Shown: in pieces, positions 18,099-25,622 of the stretch | Layout of the letters: the number at the start of each line of letters is the position of its first letter | Position numbering within the stretch: position 1 is the first letter of the stretch | NCBI GenBank assembly: GCA_938045955.1 | Contig: CALIBK010000006.1 | Coordinates: forward strand, 312-64,311 | DNA length: 64,000 nt | From: an uncultured bacterium | GTDB taxonomy: Bacteria; Desulfobacterota; BSN033; UBA1163 | Direction: 5' to 3' | Notes under the pieces: generated by a model | Databases searched by the model: none | The model's input: the letters and a program-made list of their open reading frames with translations, nothing else | What the model was told of the DNA's origin: nothing | Made by a program: the position numbers and the translations under genes

Positions 18099-19280
18099 CT
18101 AATCCTCTCTTGAAAATTTGAGATACTGGACCAAAAAACTCCCTATGAAAACCCCTCCTCCCAAGACAATAAATCCTGTTGAGAAAGAACCTTTCTCTCC
18201 AAAAAGACCAATTCCCGCAGGAATAACCCCTCCTCCGATTAAAAAGGCAATAGGAACCGTAAAGGAGATGGCTAAGTTCTTAATACTTCTGGGGCCAATA
18301 TGAGAAAGGGCGGCAAAGCCCGCCGGAAAAAACGAGGTTGCAAGGATCGATTGAACAAAAATGTTAATGAGAATTGACCCTTCCCCGGAAAGAAGTCCAA
18401 TCAGTGCGGTGGCCATTCCAGAGGTTAGAAAGACAGCGCTTAAGGTCTTCTTTACTCCTAAACGATCGGTCACCCATCCTGAAACGATTGAGGTTCCAAG
18501 GGGGAATATTCTGGATAGGGCAAGCACCGTATTCGCCCAGGTTCTATCCAATCCTCTTTCAGAAATAAGATAAAGAGGAATCATGGAATAAACCCCAAAA
18601 CTTGTCCCGATTCCGAAAGAGAAAAAAAGAACCATAAGCCAAAAAGATCGTTCTCTGAATAAGGCTTGAAGGGTCTTCAGTCGAGGAGCTTCTCCTAAAA
18701 ATTCTCCTCCTTTCCCTTTAAGATGAAAGACGATCCCCATGCTCACGGAGGCTATTCCGAGAAGGATTAACACCGATTGCCAGGTAAACCAGCCCAAGAG
18801 GAACTCCACCATCAAAGGGGCAAGGACGAAACCAAGATTGGGGGCAAGCTCATGGATGGCAATGGCCTTTCCCCAGTGGCGAGGATGAACCAAAGCCGTG
18901 AGCGTAGCCATTCCTGAGGGAAGATAAAACCCTGCACCTACCCCTATAACGAATAGACTGATCCGTATCCCCCAGAGGGATGAACTCCATCCCATGATCA
19001 GAAGGGTTACCCCAACGATGAGGGATGAAATGAGAATCGTCTTTCGGTGGGAGAGCCAGGAAGAAAGGAAACCCGAAAAGATAAGGCCGAAACAGTATCC
19101 AAAGGATACCAGAAAAAAAAGAGAGCCTGCCTCTTTGTGTCCTATTTTTAACTCCACCTCGATGAGAGGCATCAATGGAGAAAAGACGATCCTCGAAATA
19201 AAATTTAAAGCGAAGATTCCCACCAGGAAGAAAAGGGGACCTATTTGTGTGCGAAAGGAGGTTTCATGAGAAGGGTTCAT
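18099..19280 (-). CDS. MFS transporter
   Basis: 393 aa, 12 TM, with MFS loop 2-3 motif. Overlaps the upstream amidohydrolase by 4 bp. Confidence 0.75.
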   Translation of the reverse strand: MNPSHETSFRTQIGPLFFLVGIFALNFISRIVFSPLMPLIEVELKIGHKEAGSLFFLVSFGYCFGLIFSGFLSSWLSHRKTILISSLIVGVTLLIMGWSSSLWGIRISLFVIGVGAGFYLPSGMATLTALVHPRHWGKAIAIHELAPNLGFVLAPLMVEFLLGWFTWQSVLILLGIASVSMGIVFHLKGKGGEFLGEAPRLKTLQALFRERSFWLMVLFFSFGIGTSFGVYSMIPLYLISERGLDRTWANTVLALSRIFPLGTSIVSGWVTDRLGVKKTLSAVFLTSGMATALIGLLSGEGSILINIFVQSILATSFFPAGFAALSHIGPRSIKNLAISFTVPIAFLIGGGVIPAGIGLFGEKGSFSTGFIVLGGGVFIGSFLVQYLKFSRED

Positions 19281-20467
19281 CCCATCATCCCCAATTCAAG
19301 AACCTGATCGATAATTCTGACAAACATCTCCACTCCAAAGGGAAGAACCTCCTCATCTATATCAAAATGGCTATTATGATAGGGTTGGACAATCCCCTTC
19401 GATTCGTTTCTAATTCCTAACCTGAAGAAGGCCCCCGGCACCTTCTCCAAGTAAAAAGAAAAATCCTCTGCTCCCATAGAGGGCTGAACCTCAACCACAT
19501 TCTCTTCTCCTATGCCTTTTGCACAAGCAGATGAAACGATTCTGATCATCTCAGGTTTATTTATGAGGACAGGATACCCATACTCGTATTCATAATGATA
19601 GTTCATTCCGAATGACCGGGTCACTCCCTGGACCCTCTCTTCGATCCTTTTTTTCATCTTTTCCTGAATCTCTGGGGAAAAGGCCCGGACCGTTCCTAAA
19701 AGTTCTACTTCATCAGGAATGATATTAAAGGCTGTCCCACCGCTGACTTTCCCGATGGTAATCACGGCACTCTCCAGGGGATCGACCTCACGGCTCACGA
19801 TGGAGTGAATCTGTGTAATGAGATGTCCTGTAGCGAGAATGGGATCTCTGGCTAAATGAGGGGAGGCGGCATGGCCACTCCGACCGATGACCTTGATGGT
19901 AAACCGGTCGGCTGAAGCCAGGGCCTTTCCTTCACAGATCCCCACCTTCCCTATCTCGAGTTGTGGAAAAACATGGGCCCCAAAGATCGCGTCCACCCGG
20001 GGGTTCTCAAGGACCCCTTCCTCCACCATTCTTTTCCCTCCCCCTCCTCCTTCTTCTGCCGGTTGAAAGATCCACTTTATATTTCCTTTGATCTGATCCC
20101 GAAGAGAGGAAAGAATTCTTGCCACTCCTAAAAGGATGGTCACATGGGCATCATGCCCGCACGCATGCATCTTCCCTTTGATTTTAGAGGCGTAGGGAAC
20201 CTGATTGAGCTCCTCGATCGGAAGGGCATCCATATCTGCACGAATCGCAACAGTTTTACCCTGAGATTTTCCCCGAAGAAGTCCCACGACCCCTGTTCCT
20301 GCAACTCCTTTTCGAACCTCGAGGCCAAATCGTTCGAGCCATTCAGAAACCAGACGAGACGTCCTGACCTCCTCAAAGCCGAGTTCCGGATACATATGGA
20401 TCTCTCTCCGGATCCCGATCAGCCAATCCTTCATCCCGTAGATGCTTTCTTTCAAACTTCTCTCCAT
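19277..20467 (-). CDS. M20D-family amidohydrolase (N-acyl-L-amino acid / hippurate hydrolase type)
   Basis: 396 aa with metal ligands in HACGHDAH and the ...EEGGGG... region. SD AAGGAGA 6 nt upstream of the ATG. Confidence 0.8.
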   Translation of the reverse strand: MERSLKESIYGMKDWLIGIRREIHMYPELGFEEVRTSRLVSEWLERFGLEVRKGVAGTGVVGLLRGKSQGKTVAIRADMDALPIEELNQVPYASKIKGKMHACGHDAHVTILLGVARILSSLRDQIKGNIKWIFQPAEEGGGGGKRMVEEGVLENPRVDAIFGAHVFPQLEIGKVGICEGKALASADRFTIKVIGRSGHAASPHLARDPILATGHLITQIHSIVSREVDPLESAVITIGKVSGGTAFNIIPDEVELLGTVRAFSPEIQEKMKKRIEERVQGVTRSFGMNYHYEYEYGYPVLINKPEMIRIVSSACAKGIGEENVVEVQPSMGAEDFSFYLEKVPGAFFRLGIRNESKGIVQPYHNSHFDIDEEVLPFGVEMFVRIIDQVLELGMMG

Positions 20468-20585
20468 TCCTGTTCTCCTTCGTTAAACTTATTCGCTAAA
20501 TTCATGAGGTAGGATTTGATTCTAAGTCGCTATCTTCTCTCCTATGAAAAGATTGATTTCCCCGGAGACCACATAGGAGATTTGT

Positions 20586-20627
20586 TCATGAGGATGAGAA
20601 TGGGGAGGAACTCTTAACCACGCTCAT
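20586..20627 (-). CDS. Candidate 13-codon upstream ORF (MSVVKSSSPFSSS) in the roughly 190-nt leader of the amidohydrolase operon
   Basis: AAGGGAGA then 5 nt then ATG; Ser-rich peptide. Followed by a 9-bp inverted repeat TCTCCTATG/CATAGGAGA. Promoter TTGACA(20683-20688)-N18-TATGAT upstream. Confidence 0.25.
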   Translation of the reverse strand: MSVVKSSSPFSSS

Positions 20628-20690
20628 AGGAATCTCCCTTTTTAAATTTTGATGGATTATCATAAAAATTTAAAAATATTCCTGTCAAGC

Positions 20691-20726
20691 AAAATAAAAA
20701 GGCCGACCTTCATAAAGATCGGCCTT
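20691..20726 (-). terminator. Rho-independent terminator (10-bp stem AAGGCCGAUC/GGUCGGCCUU, 8-nt loop, then UUUUUAUUUU on the minus strand)
   Basis: Read directly from the sequence. Lies 50 nt after the small-ORF stop and just before the TTGACA of the amidohydrolase promoter. Confidence 0.7.
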
Positions 20727-20775
20727 CCCTTGCGGGGCTTTCCTTCAGGTGAGCAGTTTAACGTCATGCTCAGGA

Positions 20776-20832
20776 CTAACGCATTGAACCACAGGCTGAA
20801 CAATGGGTGGCATGGGGAAACATCCATCTCAT
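20776..20832 (-). CDS. Small protein gene: 18-aa peptide MRWMFPHATHCSACGSMR
   Basis: Consensus -35 TTGACA (20879-20884), 18-bp spacer, TAAGAT (20855-20860). SD AAAGGAGGTGA 8 nt before the ATG. TAG stop, terminator 50 nt downstream. Confidence 0.5.
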   Translation of the reverse strand: MRWMFPHATHCSACGSMR

Positions 20833-21021
20833 GGACCTCACCTCCTTTAAATTTATCTTAAGGGATACTCTCCCCATCTGTCAAGGAAAAGATTCCGAGC
20901 GCTCTCTGAAAAAATATTCCTCCGTCACTCCTTGGAAAGGATCTAAATTGATTCAACTTAAAAAACTGGCATATTTTAACCTGAATGGAGCGATTTTTCC
21001 TCATGAATTGAATCAAAGATA

Positions 21022-21098
21022 CTGGATTCGGCTTCCGCAGGAATGACGACTACCACCCGATGAATGAAAATGTCATTCCCGTGAAAACAGGAATCGAG
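21022..21098. repeat. Rearranged or partial copy of repeat family A (CTGGATTCGGCTTCCGCAGGAATGAC ... GTCATTCCCGTGAAAACAGGAATC)
   Basis: Both hairpin modules of family A are present but in swapped order, immediately downstream of the HTH gene stop. Confidence 0.6.
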
Positions 21099-21132
21099 AA
21101 GGGTTTATCTTTAAATAATCCCAAGAATCCTC

Positions 21133-21549
21133 TCAATCCCTCCCTTTCCTTTTTAGAAGGGTTAAAAGGTCAGATTCTTTCGAGCCTTTAAGATTAATTT
21201 TTTCCTTTTCCTCCCCTCCCTTCAATTCCTCTCTCTTCCACTCCTTTTCTCTTACCATTCGTTTCTCGATCCAGCGATCAAGGGCTTTCAGGTCAAATAG
21301 GACTCGATCCCCAATTTTTAGATAGGGGAGTTTTTTCTGGGATGCCATTCGGTAGACGGTCTCTATGGATAAACTTAAATATTGAGCCGCCTCCTTTGCA
21401 GTGATCAGCCTTCGAAGCTCTGGAATCTTTTTGATCCGTTCGTCCATCCGTTCGAAATATTTTTCTGCCAAAAGATCCGCTAACGTATTTAAGAATTCCT
21501 TCACGGGAGGACTCATTTCTTCTCTACCCATCTCCCTCTCCTCGATCAA
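21133..21549 (-). CDS. Excisionase-family (MerR-like HTH_17) DNA-binding protein with a charged C-terminal tail
   Basis: 138 aa. ITAKEAAQYLSLSIETVYRMASQKKLPYLKIGDRVLFDLKALDRWIE matches the Xis/HTH_17 helix-turn-helix pattern. 13 bp after the REC-LpxC stop. Confidence 0.65.
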   Translation of the reverse strand: MIEEREMGREEMSPPVKEFLNTLADLLAEKYFERMDERIKKIPELRRLITAKEAAQYLSLSIETVYRMASQKKLPYLKIGDRVLFDLKALDRWIEKRMVREKEWKREELKGGEEKEKINLKGSKESDLLTLLKRKGRD

Positions 21550-21562
21550 AAAGGATCGTATT

Positions 21563-22882
21563 CTATCTTTCTCTTAGCGTGATCTCTTCGTTTATCTTCT
21601 TCATCATGGCAATATTTTCCGTATGTCCCGTGTATCGGGCAACCACCTTCCCCCGGATGGGACGATTAAGAAGATAAAAATCACCTAAAATATCTAAGAT
21701 TTTGTGCCGAACGAATTCGTCCTTGAATCGAAGTTCTGTGTTCACAATCTTCTCATCATCTACCAGGATAAAATTATGGAGTCGACCTCCACTGCCTAAA
21801 CCCATCCGCTCGAGCATCTCAATATCCTTGAGGAAACCAAACGTTCTTGCAGGAGCAATCTCTTTTTTAAAGACCTCTTCGTTTTCCATGGTAAAATGGA
21901 AGGTCTGTTTCCCGATCGGGGGCGGGTAATCTAAAAAATATTGAACCGAAAAGATCTCCGAGGGTTCAATCGTGAGGGATTTATTTTGATGAATCACCTC
22001 GAGCTTCCGATCAATGACAACCTCCTCTACCTCATCCCCCTGTTCTTCGATTCCTGCCTCCTCAATGATCTTACAGAACTCTAAAGCAGACCCATCCATG
22101 ATCGGAATCTCCTCGATCATTTTGACCATCACATTGGTAATCCGATAGGCATGAAAAACAGCCATCAGATGTTCAATTGTCTTGGCCACAGCCCTTCCCT
22201 TCTTTAATGAAGTGGCATAATCTGTCGTTTGGACAAAATCAAGGTGAGCTGGAACGACTTCCTCCGAGGAGAGATTACCGAAAAGAATTCCATGGTTGGG
22301 AGGGAGGGGTTGAAGGAGAAGTCCTGTCTTCATCCCTGAGTGAAGTCCGGTCCCGTAGAGAACCACACTCTGGCGAATCGTTCGTTGAGAAAACGGGGTA
22401 GGAATAAATTTCTCCTTCCGTGTTTGCGAATGAGGGATCCTCTCGTCCGATGAAAGGGAAGGATGAGAAACCTCCTTATGCCTGGGAATCTCCTCTATAG
22501 GCTCCACTCGGGAGAATTCTTTTCCGCTCTCTAAAGCTCGATGAATTGTTGTTAAAAGAGTATCCAGGGAAAGAGGTTTTTCAATAAAATCAAAAGCTCC
22601 TAACTTTACAGCAGCCATTGCCGTGGAGATGGTCGCATGACCTGAGATCATGATGACCGGTTTATCGGAAAGGGATTTGAGATGTTTTAGCACCTCAATC
22701 CCATCCATTCCAGGCATCCAGATATCAAGAAGGGTCACCTCGGGTTGCTCCTGTTTATATATCTGAAGGGCTTCCTCTCCACTTCTTGCAGTCACCACCT
22801 GGAAGCCTTCATCTTCTAACACACCAACCATAGAACGGACGACTCTTTCTTCATCATCCACAATGAGAATCTTTCTCTTCAT
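21563..22882 (-). CDS. lpxC: Fusion protein: NtrC-type response-regulator receiver domain plus UDP-3-O-acyl-N-acetylglucosamine deacetylase (LpxC)
   Basis: Residues 1-120: REC (ILIVDDE, LLDIWMPGMDG, ISGHATI, FIEKP). Residues about 165-439: LpxC (GTGLHSG, EHLMA, EIPIMDGSA, ARTFGF, FKDEFVRHKILDILGD, GHTEN), with all zinc ligands and catalytic residues conserved. Continuous ORF with no internal Met at the junction. Confidence 0.85.
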   Translation of the reverse strand: MKRKILIVDDEERVVRSMVGVLEDEGFQVVTARSGEEALQIYKQEQPEVTLLDIWMPGMDGIEVLKHLKSLSDKPVIMISGHATISTAMAAVKLGAFDFIEKPLSLDTLLTTIHRALESGKEFSRVEPIEEIPRHKEVSHPSLSSDERIPHSQTRKEKFIPTPFSQRTIRQSVVLYGTGLHSGMKTGLLLQPLPPNHGILFGNLSSEEVVPAHLDFVQTTDYATSLKKGRAVAKTIEHLMAVFHAYRITNVMVKMIEEIPIMDGSALEFCKIIEEAGIEEQGDEVEEVVIDRKLEVIHQNKSLTIEPSEIFSVQYFLDYPPPIGKQTFHFTMENEEVFKKEIAPARTFGFLKDIEMLERMGLGSGGRLHNFILVDDEKIVNTELRFKDEFVRHKILDILGDFYLLNRPIRGKVVARYTGHTENIAMMKKINEEITLRER

Positions 22883-22978
22883 CCTTGGTCCCTTCGAAAA
22901 CCCTACTTTATCTGATTAACATAAATCAAAAGGAAAAGGAAGCGATTCGATGGGATCCCCTTATCGAGGTATGATCTT

Positions 22979-24007
22979 TCAAAAATTTCTAACACCCACC
23001 CTTTCTCTCAGGAGTTCATAATCCTCTTCAGTGGAGGCAAATACCCCAATATTTCCTAAACGCACATGGACCAGACCTACAGACTTTACCTCTTGATAGG
23101 CTTCAATCATCTCTGAGAGTTTTGGACTTCGATAACGCTTCATTTGATATTCTGGGAAGAAAGCCAAAATCGTAAAAGGAATGGTGGGTTCCACTTCGAA
23201 TAGAAGTTGAGCGATCTTCTTTAATTGAGGCGTTTCTACAAGATTGGGAATATAGAGGGAAAGGACCTCAAGGACAAACCCTCTTTTAAGAATCTCTTCA
23301 GGGAGTCGGAGAATATTTCGATTAAAACACCCCGTCAACCATTTATGATCTGTCCCTTCAAAGGCTTTGATGTCCAACCAGAAGGAGTCTACCCCCGCCT
23401 CTTTTAGGAGATCAAGGCTCTTAGGGGTCAACCCATATCCATTGGTCTCAATGAGGACCCAGAGTTTTGTTTCTTCCTTAATTCGCCTGCTGCACTCCAC
23501 ATAAAACTCAGGGCAACAGGTAAGATCTCCTCCTGTAAAAGCAACGATATTGCGTGCTGGCCCCCAACCCTGAGGACTTAACACAATATCCCTCTTTTGG
23601 AGAACCTTCGGACAGAGGGAGGAACGTTTTCCATACATCACGCAGGCTCCACAGCAACGACAGGAATCATGAGCATGGAAGGCAGTGGCCCTCTTCCTGG
23701 GTTCTCTCACTGTCACTTCCTTTTCATATTCTTTACAGGCCTTCAAAATATCCTCAGGAGACCACCATTCCCCTTTGGCAATCTTGGTAAAATTCCAGGA
23801 ATGACATTTACGGCAGGAAAAGTTACAGCCCGATTGATAGATAGAAAGGTAGTTTTCTGGTCTTGAGAGATGGACCGAGGAGATGAGCCTCAAAGGACCT
23901 TGATCCGTTTTTTTTAAAGTCACCTCGCAGGCTAACGCCTTTCCCCCCTCCACCTCCGTGTAACAACTTCCCTGAGGATAACCCTGTTGAATCAGATTAC
24001 ATCTCAT
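22979..24007 (-). CDS. Radical SAM protein, PflX / COG1313-like (PFL-activase homologue) with an extra Cys cluster
   Basis: 342 aa. CNFSCRKC (CxxxCxxC) radical-SAM motif plus a second cluster CRCCGAC...C. Confidence 0.7.
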   Translation of the reverse strand: MRCNLIQQGYPQGSCYTEVEGGKALACEVTLKKTDQGPLRLISSVHLSRPENYLSIYQSGCNFSCRKCHSWNFTKIAKGEWWSPEDILKACKEYEKEVTVREPRKRATAFHAHDSCRCCGACVMYGKRSSLCPKVLQKRDIVLSPQGWGPARNIVAFTGGDLTCCPEFYVECSRRIKEETKLWVLIETNGYGLTPKSLDLLKEAGVDSFWLDIKAFEGTDHKWLTGCFNRNILRLPEEILKRGFVLEVLSLYIPNLVETPQLKKIAQLLFEVEPTIPFTILAFFPEYQMKRYRSPKLSEMIEAYQEVKSVGLVHVRLGNIGVFASTEEDYELLRERVGVRNF

Positions 24008-24111
24008 CTAAAAAATTCTATCACAGGCTTTCTTCTACTTGCAAGGGAAGAGAACCCCATTGTATAAAAGATTCAAAGGAAAGAATCGAAGCATTTCTTA
24101 GGAGGAGTCCA

Positions 24112-24882
24112 ATGGAAGAGAAAATCAGACAGGTGGCTCAATGGATTCTTCATTCCAGGAGGATCGTGATATTCTGTGGAGCAGGATTGAGTACCGAATC
24201 GGGGATCCCCGATTTTCGTAGCCCTGGTGGGGTGTGGGATAGATATAACCCGGAAGATTTTTATTTCCAGAACTTTATTTCAAGCGAAGCTTCCCGGGAG
24301 AAATACTGGCAGATGGCTACTGAAATGTATGAATCGATTAAGGGAGCTAAACCCAATCAAGCTCATCTGGCAATCGCAGAATTGGAAAGGTTAGGTAAGC
24401 TGGATTGTGTGATTACCCAGAATATTGACGGCCTTCATCATAAAGCAGGAAATTCTCCGGAAAAGATCATCGAGCTTCATGGAACCGCTCTCTTCGTCAC
24501 GTGTTTAAATTGCCACAAGCGATATGATCGGGATGAGATTCAAGAACGAATTCAGAAAGGGATAAAGGTTCCTTATTGTGACGATTGTGGCGGCCCATTG
24601 AAACCTGCCACCATCTCCTTTGGTCAATCAATGCCTGAGAAGGAGACCCAGGAAGCCTATCAAAGATCCTCCTCCTCTGATCTTTTCATTGTGATTGGCT
24701 CTTCCTTAGTCGTTCAACCTGCGGCCTCTATGCCACTGGTGGCAAAACGGAACGGGGCTAAGTTGGTGATCATCAATAGAGACCCTACCCCTTATGATCA
24801 TTTAGCCGACCTTGTCATAAACGATCTCGCCGGTAAAACGATGGCAGGTATCCTGGAAATCGTTAGATCAGAATTGGCATAA
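24112..24882 (+). CDS. cobB: NAD-dependent protein deacylase, Sir2 family (CobB-like)
   Basis: 256 aa. GAGLSTESGIPDFR Rossmann motif, zinc ribbon CLNC...CDDC, catalytic His in ELHG. Strong SD TAGGAGGAG. Confidence 0.85.
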   Translation: MEEKIRQVAQWILHSRRIVIFCGAGLSTESGIPDFRSPGGVWDRYNPEDFYFQNFISSEASREKYWQMATEMYESIKGAKPNQAHLAIAELERLGKLDCVITQNIDGLHHKAGNSPEKIIELHGTALFVTCLNCHKRYDRDEIQERIQKGIKVPYCDDCGGPLKPATISFGQSMPEKETQEAYQRSSSSDLFIVIGSSLVVQPAASMPLVAKRNGAKLVIINRDPTPYDHLADLVINDLAGKTMAGILEIVRSELA

Positions 24883-25078
24883 GGATTGATCGATAATTTG
24901 GTAACTTTTTGTCCATAAAAAGGACAAATATTGACTTTCCGAGATTCAAATCTCCTCTCTTTTTTAAAAAATTTTGTAAATTCAATTAATTATATTTCCC
25001 AAAAGTTGGTATTTAATTTGCTATGAGATAATTCATGGCCGCCGGGAACTTTAATCTCTGGATAAGAAGATAAAATCC

Positions 25079-25606
25079 ATGTTTTTTCAAAAGGTTTTGG
25101 AAATACCCGTTCTAATTTTAATCGGATCCCTTCTTTTAGGATGTGCGGCATTAAAACCCAAGGAAGAGAATTCCTCTAAACCCCTTGAAATGAAAATTGA
25201 ACAAATTAAAGAAGAAAAAAAGGCCGATGAACCTCCTTCAGAAGTCCAATCTTCAACCCCGACACCGAGTCCGACCCCATCCCATTCTTCACCCCCTGAA
25301 CCTACAAAAATCGTCTCTCCCTCTCCATCTATTATCCAGACTCCAGAACCTCCTTCGACACCATCCCCCTCCTATCGATCAGCCTATATTGTCTGGTCTT
25401 ATGTTAATCTCCGTGAAGGACCTGGAATAAATTATAAAGTGATTGGCACTGCGAAGAAAGGAACCACTATCACTATTCTCGAAGAAAAGGGAAACTGGTT
25501 CCGTGTTCGATTGGAAAATGGAAAAGAAGCATGGATGAGTAAGGGGGCCACTTCCGAAGCCCCTCAACCTCCCCCTCGACCTTCTCACAAACCTAAACCG
25601 ATGTAA
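25079..25606 (+). CDS. Lipoprotein with a Pro/Ser/Thr-rich linker and a C-terminal bacterial SH3 (SH3b) domain
   Basis: Signal peptide plus lipobox LLGC. Low-complexity PSPTPS region. SH3_3-like C-terminus (YKVIGTAKKGTTITILEEKGNWFRV). Confidence 0.6.
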   Translation: MFFQKVLEIPVLILIGSLLLGCAALKPKEENSSKPLEMKIEQIKEEKKADEPPSEVQSSTPTPSPTPSHSSPPEPTKIVSPSPSIIQTPEPPSTPSPSYRSAYIVWSYVNLREGPGINYKVIGTAKKGTTITILEEKGNWFRVRLENGKEAWMSKGATSEAPQPPPRPSHKPKPM

Positions 25607-25622
25607 GGGTGGAAGAGAGGAT

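Noticed and set aside
20740-20850. Possible SRP (4.5S), 6S or RNase P RNA in the long intergenic region
   Set aside because: No GGAAGCAGC-type SRP helix-8 motif or RNase P conserved blocks found. The region is better explained by a promoter-SD-sORF-terminator unit on the minus strand.
21133-21549. Excisionase-family HTH as a marker of a prophage or integrative element
   Set aside because: No integrase, recombinase, att-like direct repeats, phage structural genes or compositional shift nearby. Interpreted as a stand-alone MerR/Xis-type DNA-binding protein co-transcribed with REC-LpxC.
24112-24882. Sir2-domain protein as an antiphage effector (Thoeris ThsA / DSR-like)
   Set aside because: Compact 256-aa class-U sirtuin with Rossmann motif, catalytic His and a CxxC...CxxC zinc ribbon, and no SLOG/TIR/Macro partner or extra domains. 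Consistent with a housekeeping CobB deacylase.
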